Below, one piece after another: positions 1-8,677 of a stretch of 64,000 bases of DNA (positions within the stretch are counted from its first letter, which is position 1; the number at the start of each line of letters is the position of its first letter). The notes beneath the pieces were generated by a model. It made no database searches and was not told where the DNA came from. It saw only the letters and a program-made list of their open reading frames with translations. This DNA comes from Thermoplasmatota archaeon (GTDB taxonomy: Archaea > Thermoplasmatota > Thermoplasmata > Halarchaeoplasmatales > Halarchaeoplasmataceae): contig JAGXLF010000002.1 of assembly GCA_018334835.1 (NCBI GenBank), positions 19,585-83,584 on the forward strand. The letters are read 5' to 3'. The position numbers and the translations under genes are program-made.

Positions 1-1
1 G

Positions 2-520
2 GAAAAAGCTTTGGAGAAAGGAGCTTTAAATATCATCGAGGGTTCTGACCATAGACCTGTTTCTTCGTTAGCAGTTCAGGTAGTTGCATCTAAAAGGAAA
101 AAAGCTTTGATCATGGATGGGAGCAGGACCGTAGATCCTTATTTCATGGTCAGGAAATGTAAGAGTGCAGGCCTTGACGAGAAAGAGATCTTGAAGAAAA
201 TAATGATATCTAGAGTGTTCACAGCCTATCAGTACATAGATCTTGTAGAAAAAGCTGAAGAAAAGTTGAAGGAGAGCAAAATTATATTCTTGGGCGTTGT
301 AGTTCTATCAACTCTCTTTGAAGACGAAGAGATGAACCAAGAAGAGGGAAGATGGCTCAGATCTAGATTGATAAAAAAGATAAAGAAGTTGGTAAAAGAA
401 GAAAGATTGTACGGGGTTATAGTTGACCCAAAAGTAGAGGTACTTCAGAAAAGGAATAGAGAAGAAAAAGACTTGTTAAATAGGGGAATCCAAAAAGGAA
501 AAATATATGAATCGCTCTAG
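2..520 (+). CDS. Hypothetical protein, 5'-truncated at the window edge. The reading frame is open from position 2; the ORF track starts at an internal TTG at position 11.
   Basis: Open frame running off the left edge; K/E-rich product with no recognisable motif. Confidence 0.35.
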   Translation, partial: EKALEKGALNIIEGSDHRPVSSLAVQVVASKRKKALIMDGSRTVDPYFMVRKCKSAGLDEKEILKKIMISRVFTAYQYIDLVEKAEEKLKESKIIFLGVVVLSTLFEDEEMNQEEGRWLRSRLIKKIKKLVKEERLYGVIVDPKVEVLQKRNREEKDLLNRGIQKGKIYESL

Positions 521-535
521 TGTCTCATCGATTAG

Positions 536-1216
536 ATGAATCATAGAAGGATCATCAATCTCCCTCTAGCGGCGATTTTTTTTCTCCTCTTCCTTTTAGT
601 GTTAGTGATACTTCCTCTTATCATCAGTGGAGTCTTCCGGATGCTGGGATTTAGTCCCTGGCAGACTTTTTTCCTGTTCCTCTTTTCGCTTATCGGAAGT
701 GTGATAAACATCCCTGTGTATTCGGTAAAAGTCAAGCAGTCTGTCCAGGAGGCTCGGCTAGGATCTTTTACGGACTTTCTATACCCCCAGCGTTCTTTTT
801 CTCGCCAAGAGATGAGATCTACTATAGCGATAAACCTAGGCGGAGCTATTATACCTGTGATTATATCTATCTACTTAGTCATCAATAATCCTCATCTGAT
901 GTGGCAGTATTTGGCAGGAATCGTGATAATGACTACTATCTGTTACAAACTAGCTCGGCCAGTTCCAGGAGTGGGGATAAGTATGCCTCTGCTCATTCCA
1001 CCCGTAGTAGCTGCTCTGATAGCTATTTTACTTCCTGGATCTCCGCAACAAGCCATAGCCTACGTTGCCGGTGTGAATGGCGTCATAATAGGAGCAGATA
1101 TCTTGAACTTGAGAAGAACTATTGGTATGAGGAGCAGAACACTCAGCATCGGTGGAGCCGGGACCTTCGACGGTATCTTCTTGACAGGTATCGTAGCAGT
1201 GCTTTTAACAGCCTGA
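536..1216 (+). CDS. Integral membrane protein, about 5-6 TM helices; possibly DUF1614-like.
   Basis: Several hydrophobic segments (LAAIFFLLFLLVLVILPLII, IAILLPG, FLTGIVAVLLTA). No catalytic motifs recognised. Confidence 0.5.
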   Translation: MNHRRIINLPLAAIFFLLFLLVLVILPLIISGVFRMLGFSPWQTFFLFLFSLIGSVINIPVYSVKVKQSVQEARLGSFTDFLYPQRSFSRQEMRSTIAINLGGAIIPVIISIYLVINNPHLMWQYLAGIVIMTTICYKLARPVPGVGISMPLLIPPVVAALIAILLPGSPQQAIAYVAGVNGVIIGADILNLRRTIGMRSRTLSIGGAGTFDGIFLTGIVAVLLTA

Positions 1217-1257
1217 ACTATAAGAGATGTTCCTTTTATTGCACAACTCGTAAGATC

Positions 1258-2103
1258 TTAGTTCGCTTTTATCTTTTGGTCTACTAAATCGCCTGTAGAT
1301 TTTAAAGTCTTTCTCATACTTTCTATAAATTCTTCATTATCTAAAAGAGAAAAACCTATAGATTTTCCATTTATGACTACACACAACGGCATCGAAAATA
1401 TACTTGTGAATTCTTCAGGTTCCTCAAAAGGTACTATCAGTTTGATAGGGATATTAGAATCTAATTTGCGCAGTTCATTAAAAGTCTCCATCATCTCTTC
1501 AATACAGTACGGACAGTGTGAATTACAGAGAATAAGGGCTTTGTTTTTGTCCAATTCATCGATGGGCAGGTCAGTCGATTCTATTAGGGAATCATATGCT
1601 GTATAGTCCTCATTCAAGGGATAATAGAGGAGATACTCATGGTACTTATGGGTTTTAGAGAGTTGTTTGAACCCATTTTCTTTGTAGATTTCCGCGTTAT
1701 CTATGGGTCTAGGAAAGGGGTGAGTAAGAGTTATCAGAGCCCTTGCTCTTTCATTTTCAAAATATTGTTTAGGCTGTTCGAATTCCTTTATAGTTTCTTT
1801 TAACAGAGATTCTCTTATATTCATATCTTTCTTCTCTTTTTTTACAAAAGTACACTTTATCTCAACAATTTTCTGTTCAGTTTTTGGGATATATTGGATC
1901 ATCCCTACTATTTTAGAATCTAAATAAGCTACTTTGCCCACAGATCCATATTTTTTTATATTTTTGAGCATCCATCTTTTCCACAAAAAATTTCCCTCCA
2001 CAAAATACGGATCGTCTATTTTTTCTTCTGGAACGCATAAACCCTCCAAGTCATCCAATATATTTCCGCCTATATCTTCAATTTTAATCTGTTGTTGTTG
2101 CAC
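1258..2103 (-). CDS. Hypothetical protein with a C-terminal thioredoxin-like CxxC domain (CNSHCPYC); the N-terminal half is possibly GNAT-like.
   Basis: CPYC motif within a thioredoxin-fold-like context (ALILCNSHCPYCIEE...IPIKLIVPFEEPEEF). The N-terminal GNAT resemblance is weak. Confidence 0.4.
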   Translation of the reverse strand: MQQQQIKIEDIGGNILDDLEGLCVPEEKIDDPYFVEGNFLWKRWMLKNIKKYGSVGKVAYLDSKIVGMIQYIPKTEQKIVEIKCTFVKKEKKDMNIRESLLKETIKEFEQPKQYFENERARALITLTHPFPRPIDNAEIYKENGFKQLSKTHKYHEYLLYYPLNEDYTAYDSLIESTDLPIDELDKNKALILCNSHCPYCIEEMMETFNELRKLDSNIPIKLIVPFEEPEEFTSIFSMPLCVVINGKSIGFSLLDNEEFIESMRKTLKSTGDLVDQKIKAN

Positions 2104-2269
2104 AATTTTGCCTCCCTAATCTATAACTATCGAGGTCGTACTTTAAATACTTATCTATTTATTAAGATTTTTTAGTATTTACTCCTACATAGAAAAATTG
2201 CTTAAACATTTGAAAAAATCAAAAAAGGAAAAGGGTTTTTAGTGTTGCGTTTCAGGAATTCTTCCAGTT

Positions 2270-5200
2270 TCACTCGAATTTCGCATCTGTGGCTAAACCT
2301 GTGTCATTCACATGGATATCATCGTTGTAGTCGTAGTACTCTAGTATGATATACTCGGTACAACATCTTAGTGTAACATGTACAAAGTGGTCATCTTCGC
2401 TCTCGATCACATAGTATCCTGGATCGTACATGCCGAATATGTAGTAGCCGTGCTCACCAGTGACACCTTCATCGATGGGTCCATCTCCGATAGGTTCGCC
2501 GTATTCATCAGCTTCCCAGAGATATAATTCTAGACCAACCACAGGTTCCGTCATTTCATAGTCGTAGGCTTTTACTGAGATATAGCTCTGTCTGTAGTTG
2601 CCGAAATAGACTTCAACTTCTTCTACACAACCCATCCTGACGTGGACTTCCATGTCAGTAGTGTTTGTCCATCCGCAGGGTCCTAGGACTTCTCTCACTA
2701 CGTAATCGCCTGGTCCTACATCCTCAAATCTGTAAATTCCCCAGTTATCAGTGTATTCAACTTCGATTGGTTCGTCGCCGATCATATTGCCCTCAACATC
2801 AGCCTCCCAAAGCTGGATCTCCCAGCCGTGCAGCGGCCAATCTAGACACTCATCGAATTCTCCGTTCATGTTGAAGTCGCAGTACTTCCATCCCGTTATG
2901 TCACCGTATCTGTAGTTACCGAAGTCTGCACGAGTCCACTGTTCTGGATAGACATCGACAAAGTAATAATCCTGTGTACTGTTGTACCACTCGTTCATCA
3001 TCTCTTCCTCAACCATGTATTCTCCTGGTTCTAGGCAGCAGAAGGAATAATATCCATTTTCATCAGTTGTAGTGTTCCCAATGTACTCTAAAGCCACAGC
3101 TGAAGGTCCTATCGGTTCAGAATGATAATATCTGTACAGATGTATCTTCCATCCTTCTAGACCGCACTCGTCATCATCGAATTCCTCGTTCATATTGACA
3201 TCGCAGAACTTGTATCCCTCAATACATCCGCCAGGTACGTTGCCGAACCAGAGTTCTGAGGTATTACCAGCTGTTATTTCAACATATTGGATATCCTCTG
3301 TTGTTGGGAACCAACAATCTTGGACTATTTCCTGAACAGCGTACAATCCCGATTCTAGACTCTCGAACATCGCTAAACCATCTTCGTCAGTTACATTTGT
3401 AGCGATTATAGCTTCTGGTTGTCCTTCATCAGTTGTATTCCATAGGTTGAATGTCCAGCCTTCCAACATCTCTTCTCCTTCGTCGTAATATCCATCCATG
3501 TTCTCATCGTGGAACTTGTAGACTTCTAAGTCACCGTACTCTATATTACCGAACCAAACTTCCCAATGATCTCCCGGTCCTAATGTTTGTTCTTGCCACA
3601 ACGGGGTGGTGTTCAACCATCCGATGTCCAAAACCTCTGTAACGTTGAAATCACCGACTGGTACGAGGAAGTTATATGATCCTTCTACACCTAAAGTCTC
3701 AGCGAATACTTGTACACCTTCGAAATCGCCTAGTACATCGAAATTTACAGTCTGATCTGCTAGTAGATAATCACCATCTCCAATGCTGTATACACCGTCC
3801 ATATTTACGTCATTGAACTTGTTTATCGTTATCTCTGGGAACTCATAGTTTCCGAAGTTGATTATAGCTTTCGGGCTGCAGCAGTTAAATCTGATCTTCA
3901 CTACGGATTCTGTAGTGTTATCCCATCCATATGGTACTTCTTCCTGCACATAGTAGGTTCCTACTTTTAGACCTTCAAAGTAGTAATATCCGTTCGGCTG
4001 TGTATAGAAAGTTTCTATTATCTCTCCCGGTTCTCCGTCGATCTCATTCCATAGGTTGATCTCCCAACCTTCTAGAACCCAATCTTCCTCGTTGAATTCT
4101 CCATCCATGTTCTCATCGTAGAACTTGATACCGTATATCTGCTTGTACATGCAGTTGGAGAAATCTATGTCAGTTGTTGTTTCGCAGGGTTCTACATACA
4201 CGTGCAGTATATCCGCAGTGTTGTTATACCAACCTTCGTACATCTCTTCCTGAACGAAGTATTCACCAGGCATCACACAGTTGAAGTAGTACATTCCGTC
4301 CCTGTTGGTCTCTGTGGTCTCTATTATCTCTCCAGGCACTCCATCTTCTACGGTCCATAGATTGATCTCCCAACCCATCAGGGGCTTGTCCAATCCAACG
4401 TCGAAATTTCCATCAGCTTCGATATCGAGGAACTTCATCCCTTCGATTCTTCCACCTTGTACGTTTCCGAAGTACAGATTATATTCTCCACCTGGTTTCA
4501 CGTAGACGTGCTGTAAGACTTCAGTCGTCGGCAACCAACAGCATTCTTCTTCCAATACTTGCCTTGGCAATTCCTCTACTATGTAATCACCGGCAACTAA
4601 ATCCTCGAACGTGTAAGTACCGTTGGTTGTTATGACAGGATCTCCTATCGTCTCAACGGGGTTACCTTCTTCGTCGGCTTCCCATAGTTGGAACGCGAAT
4701 CCGTCTATCCAAGGTTCTCCTTCATCCCTTTCACCGTTGTAGTTCAAATCGTGGTACTTATTGACTGTGATATCTCCGTACTGAATGTTACCGAACCAAA
4801 CTTCGGATTCCTCCACAGGATAAACTGTCACTGGTTGCAACAAGTCTGTGGTATGTTCCCAGTCCTCTTTGAGTTCCTCCTGAACGATATAATCACCTGG
4901 ATAGACCTCCTCGAAAACTAATTCACCGTTTGCATCTGTTGTTCCGTTAGCTATTATTTCTTCTGGTTCTCCTTCATCATCGGTTGTCCATAGGTTGAAC
5001 ATCCAATCTTCGAGCATGTAGTCTTCTTCCTCATCGAACATACCGTTCTCGTTCATATCGTAGTACTTGTATACTGTGATCTCTCCGTCCATCATGGCAT
5101 TTCCGAATTCAACGGTCATCGGTTCTCTAAGCCAGAATGAATCTTCAACGTATCTATCGTAGTCACCTTCGCCGTTTAATATTGTCATTTCCATATCGCC

Positions 5201-5659
5201 GTTCTCTGTGATAGAAACCTCGGTTTCTTCAACTTCTTCTACCGTTGGATACACCGCAGATCCAGTGTTATACCATCCTTCAGGTATGTATTCTCGGACT
5301 TTATAGTGTCCTATCTCATCGTTCGGGAATCCACACTGATAGTCTTCAAAAACAAGATATCCATCACTATCAGTGTACCCGCTAGCGAGGTAATACCACG
5401 GGGGATGATCTCTATCATCTCCATTTTCGTAACCCTTACCATAGAGTTCGAAATACCATTCTTCTAGTCCTTCTTCTCCTTCATCGTATATTCCGTTTTG
5501 GTTTTCGTCGTAGTACTTGAACACTGTTATGTCATATTCACATGTATCGTTGTCCTCCTCCGTTATCCCGGAGGCATTTGTGATCACTGTTACGCCAATT
5601 CCTAGGCTGCTAATAGCAAGGAAACTCGCTATCAACAGCACTATTACGTGTTGTTTCAT
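2270..5659 (-). CDS. Giant secreted hyper-acidic repeat protein. Contains about 10 tandem units of about 105-110 aa, each with an SdrD-B/Cna-B-like beta-sandwich and a D-x-N-x-D/N-G-x-x-D calcium-binding loop.
   Basis: N-terminal signal peptide (MKQHVIVLLIASFLAISSLGIGV). Recurrent motifs across the units: xTVxKYxDxNxNGxxDEGE ... GWxFNLW ... TTDxxGxYxF ... PGxYxVxEE ... GWxNTT ... VxFGN. Extreme D/E content. Confidence 0.7.
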   Translation of the reverse strand: MKQHVIVLLIASFLAISSLGIGVTVITNASGITEEDNDTCEYDITVFKYYDENQNGIYDEGEEGLEEWYFELYGKGYENGDDRDHPPWYYLASGYTDSDGYLVFEDYQCGFPNDEIGHYKVREYIPEGWYNTGSAVYPTVEEVEETEVSITENGDMEMTILNGEGDYDRYVEDSFWLREPMTVEFGNAMMDGEITVYKYYDMNENGMFDEEEDYMLEDWMFNLWTTDDEGEPEEIIANGTTDANGELVFEEVYPGDYIVQEELKEDWEHTTDLLQPVTVYPVEESEVWFGNIQYGDITVNKYHDLNYNGERDEGEPWIDGFAFQLWEADEEGNPVETIGDPVITTNGTYTFEDLVAGDYIVEELPRQVLEEECCWLPTTEVLQHVYVKPGGEYNLYFGNVQGGRIEGMKFLDIEADGNFDVGLDKPLMGWEINLWTVEDGVPGEIIETTETNRDGMYYFNCVMPGEYFVQEEMYEGWYNNTADILHVYVEPCETTTDIDFSNCMYKQIYGIKFYDENMDGEFNEEDWVLEGWEINLWNEIDGEPGEIIETFYTQPNGYYYFEGLKVGTYYVQEEVPYGWDNTTESVVKIRFNCCSPKAIINFGNYEFPEITINKFNDVNMDGVYSIGDGDYLLADQTVNFDVLGDFEGVQVFAETLGVEGSYNFLVPVGDFNVTEVLDIGWLNTTPLWQEQTLGPGDHWEVWFGNIEYGDLEVYKFHDENMDGYYDEGEEMLEGWTFNLWNTTDEGQPEAIIATNVTDEDGLAMFESLESGLYAVQEIVQDCWFPTTEDIQYVEITAGNTSELWFGNVPGGCIEGYKFCDVNMNEEFDDDECGLEGWKIHLYRYYHSEPIGPSAVALEYIGNTTTDENGYYSFCCLEPGEYMVEEEMMNEWYNSTQDYYFVDVYPEQWTRADFGNYRYGDITGWKYCDFNMNGEFDECLDWPLHGWEIQLWEADVEGNMIGDEPIEVEYTDNWGIYRFEDVGPGDYVVREVLGPCGWTNTTDMEVHVRMGCVEEVEVYFGNYRQSYISVKAYDYEMTEPVVGLELYLWEADEYGEPIGDGPIDEGVTGEHGYYIFGMYDPGYYVIESEDDHFVHVTLRCCTEYIILEYYDYNDDIHVNDTGLATDAKFE

Positions 5660-6017
5660 TTTCTCACCAACTATATAAAGAGCATACTAGTATATATACT
5701 TATCTTAAAATATCAATTATTTTAGGTATCTAAATATATTTTAGATATATAAGTAACTTATTTAAATTTTGAGGATTAGTAGAAATATTTTGATAAATCA
5801 GACCAACCTAGATATATTTTTTAAATTTTCTAAAGAAAAACTATTCAGTGTGCTCAAAATCGGCATAAAAACTATAGTTTTAACGATAACATTTAGAGAG
5901 AGATTATGTAATTTGATTTTTTATATATACATACCTGATTGCTTCTCTAAATTTACAAAAAGTAAAAAAGAAAATAGGGTTTATAGACCGAATAGAGCAA
6001 GAATTAGATTCGATATG

Positions 6018-6509
6018 TCATTTAACGGATCTAGATGGCTTCCTTTTCGCTAGGATCGGATATATTTTTTTCATCGTTTTTGGTTCTCTAGAGATACCTT
6101 TTGGTGTCCCTTTTTTAACCAAGACTGGATATTTTTTAACTACTCTTTTCGGTCTAATAGAAGCATTTTTTTCTTTTATCGAGTTATATTTCCTAACTTT
6201 TGCTTTTTCTCTAAGGTAATTTCTGTAAGTATCTGATGAGAGGCTACCGATAGTCCATGTCAGTCCAAGCAGGATCAGGTTGATAGACCAGAAACCTATA
6301 AAGACCACTATGAAATAATTTTGATATTCCAAGTTGGTCATTATTGTACTCAATTCGGCCTCACCACCTGTTGGGGACGGTGTTCTCGTTAGGAACAAAT
6401 AGGCAGGACCAAGAGAGGGCCATAATAAAAATATACCTTTCAACCAGGTCGGCCAATTCTTCCACTTCAGTTTTTCAGACAACAACAATAAAGCTAATTT
6501 CAAGTTCAT
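6018..6509 (-). CDS. Small membrane protein with a lysine-rich basic C-terminal tail.
   Basis: Two hydrophobic helices, then the tail KAKVRKYNSIKEKNASIRPKRVVKKYPVLVKKGTPKG...KRKPSRSVK. Confidence 0.45.
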   Translation of the reverse strand: MNLKLALLLLSEKLKWKNWPTWLKGIFLLWPSLGPAYLFLTRTPSPTGGEAELSTIMTNLEYQNYFIVVFIGFWSINLILLGLTWTIGSLSSDTYRNYLREKAKVRKYNSIKEKNASIRPKRVVKKYPVLVKKGTPKGISREPKTMKKIYPILAKRKPSRSVK

Positions 6510-6653
6510 AATTATACCTCCATCTTATAAACTACGAACAACTATATAAAGATATCTAAGATATATAGAAAAAGAGTTTGTTCTTCTAAAAAAGAGTTCA
6601 TTACAAAAAAGTTAGAAAAGATTTTGTAAGGAGTACCTTCGCTATTCACTCAT

Positions 6654-7826
6654 CTACTTCTCTTCGAGCTTTTTCTCTAGTTCAGAGATCCTTTCCTTCA
6701 ACTCTTTTATCTCTTCTTTTTGGTCTTTTTCTTTAGGTTTCATCATCTTCTCATATGTGGATCTGATCGGCTCTAGAACATTTTCTATCCTTTCCATGTA
6801 ATCCTTTTCGGTCATCTCCGTAAATTCTTCTATCTTTTTCGCCAACTTAGGCCTTTTCCTGCCTAGATTTTCCCAGAATTCCTTGTAGATATCGTCGTGT
6901 TTTTCAGGTATCTTTGACATCTTCTTGTCTAGCTCACTAGAGATCAGCTCCCACTTCTCAAGCACTTTCTTAGCCTCTTCGTTTTCTTCAGCGAGTTCTC
7001 GTAACTCCTGAGAAATACTCTCGGAGAACTCGTCCCAAGTATCGCTGAGCGCTTCTTCTTTATCCTCGAGCCTATCTCGTGCATCTTCTAATTCTTCACG
7101 GACCTCTTTGATCATATCGAACCACAATGGGTAAAGGTCTCTTAACTTTCTATCAGGTTCGGCCATTATCTTTCGGCTCTCTTCGGTGTGCTCCTCTATT
7201 ATATCACCGATAGATTCTCTCTTCACCTCTAGCTCCAATGGTATCTCTTTAAGATGAAAATTCATCTCTTCACTGAAATCTTCCCACTCTTTTTTCAGTC
7301 TTTCTACGTCTTCCTCAGGTAGCCCTTTTTTAGCTAACATCTCGATGTTTTTCTTAACCACTTGTGACTGTTCTTCCCACATCTTTTCGATCTCTATCCA
7401 ATACTTTTCCGGACTGATCTTCAAATCTTTCAAATTTTTCCCGGCTTCTTTCTGCATCTCTTTCCAGAATTTCTTTATGTATTTTGGAGCTCCGATATCG
7501 AAGTCGCCGAAAAGTTTAGTAGGCGTGAAAATATCTTCTCCTTTAGCCTCATCCTTTACAGTCTCTTTTTCTTCTTCAGAATCCTCGCCGACGATATCCT
7601 TAACTCTTTCGTAGAGTTCGATGGAGAGCAATTGGTAAGCCATGTCCTCCTTGAGCCAGTCACTCTCTAATTCAACATCGAGATTTATCAGCAACTCTTC
7701 CATCTCATCTCTCAAAAACTCATCGTTGAACTTTTCCATCAGTTTATCGTCTTCTTCTTCCTCATCATACACTTCTAAATATCTTTCATATAACCCATTT
7801 ACATCATCCATATTGATCACTCCCAT
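6654..7826 (-). CDS. Hyper-acidic coiled-coil protein of unknown function.
   Basis: Very high E/D/K content with a W-rich heptad-like pattern; no enzymatic motif. Confidence 0.5.
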   Translation of the reverse strand: MGVINMDDVNGLYERYLEVYDEEEEDDKLMEKFNDEFLRDEMEELLINLDVELESDWLKEDMAYQLLSIELYERVKDIVGEDSEEEKETVKDEAKGEDIFTPTKLFGDFDIGAPKYIKKFWKEMQKEAGKNLKDLKISPEKYWIEIEKMWEEQSQVVKKNIEMLAKKGLPEEDVERLKKEWEDFSEEMNFHLKEIPLELEVKRESIGDIIEEHTEESRKIMAEPDRKLRDLYPLWFDMIKEVREELEDARDRLEDKEEALSDTWDEFSESISQELRELAEENEEAKKVLEKWELISSELDKKMSKIPEKHDDIYKEFWENLGRKRPKLAKKIEEFTEMTEKDYMERIENVLEPIRSTYEKMMKPKEKDQKEEIKELKERISELEKKLEEK

Positions 7827-7886
7827 CTATTAGTTCATTATTACTTTAGAGCTTAATATATTTTTTTACATGCCCTCTAAGAAAAC

Positions 7887-8330
7887 TCACTCTATTACAG
7901 GACAATCTTCGTTAGGACAGGACGGTATCTCATTCCCATGTGGACAAACGGAAGGAGCACCCATCCTTTCACATATCTCGTCTATCATCTCCATATCAAA
8001 GATATGCTCGAGTTCACAGGCTTTTTCATGCATTTTGTCATCGGATATATCAAAAAACTCATCCAAAAAAACCTCTAATACCCTGTGGGTTCTAACGATC
8101 TTTCTTCCCTCCTTTCGACCTTTATCGGTCAATTCTACTCCATGGTAAGGCTGATATATTATGTAACCTTCCTGCTCCAATTTAGGTAAAATCTCCGTCA
8201 CGGAGGGCGAAGAAATACTCAAGTCTTCAGCGATCTCGCTGGTCTTTATCTTTTCCTTACCTTCCTTTGAAGAGAGTTTGTAAAGCGTCTCTAGGTATTC
8301 CTCTTTAGTCTCTTTGTTCATGATAATCAT
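7887..8330 (-). CDS. DtxR/MntR-family metal-dependent transcriptional regulator.
   Basis: N-terminal wHTH (EEYLETLYKL...TSEIAEDLSISSPSVTEILPKLEQEGYI) and the family-typical CPHGNEIP metal-site motif. The start could be 8321, 8330 or the TTG at 8333. Confidence 0.7.
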   Translation of the reverse strand: MIIMNKETKEEYLETLYKLSSKEGKEKIKTSEIAEDLSISSPSVTEILPKLEQEGYIIYQPYHGVELTDKGRKEGRKIVRTHRVLEVFLDEFFDISDDKMHEKACELEHIFDMEMIDEICERMGAPSVCPHGNEIPSCPNEDCPVIE

Positions 8331-8408
8331 CAAGATAGAAACGATTAGTTAAATCTTCTCCAAGAAAGAGTTATAATCAATCTAAAACAGTATACATAAC
8401 AAAAAAGA

Positions 8409-8483
8409 TAGCGGGGAGTGGATTTGAACCACTGGTCTCCGGGTTATGAGCCCGACGGAATATCCTGGCTATCCTACCCCGCT
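8409..8483 (-). tRNA. Initiator tRNA-Met (anticodon CAU).
   Basis: Cloverleaf on the minus strand: AGCGGGG-UA-GGAU...anticodon loop CUCAUAA...AGUGG-UUCAAAU-CCACU-CCCCGCU-A. Shows the A1:U72 pair, three consecutive G:C pairs (29-31/39-41) at the base of the anticodon stem, U8, A14 and G18G19. Followed by a T-run. Confidence 0.8.
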
Positions 8484-8677
8484 ATGATGAAGATGTCCCA
8501 CAAAATCTAGTTCTGGGATTTCCCATACGAATATGTATTTTATAAATTTTTCCTCGGAAGGTGTATGAGAAATCTAGGGATAATCTCTTCATAGTAATTT
8601 TTATAAACTGTGCTGAGTATATTGGTAAATTGCTCTTTAGATTATACAGTATCAACGAAAAAATGGGGTAGCAAAAT

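Noticed and set aside
5660-6053. A 94-aa ORF (5769-6053), and a check for a CRISPR array or ncRNA in the long AT-rich intergenic region.
   Set aside because: No direct repeats of CRISPR type are present. The ORF is in low-complexity AT-rich sequence with no RBS or motif. The region is likely a promoter or regulatory spacer only.
8409-8483. An alternative reading of the CAU tRNA as elongator Met or Ile2 (agmatidine-modified C34).
   Set aside because: The A1:U72 pair and the G29-31:C39-41 triple favour the initiator. The first fold with G1 as the 5' end violated conserved U8/A14 placement.
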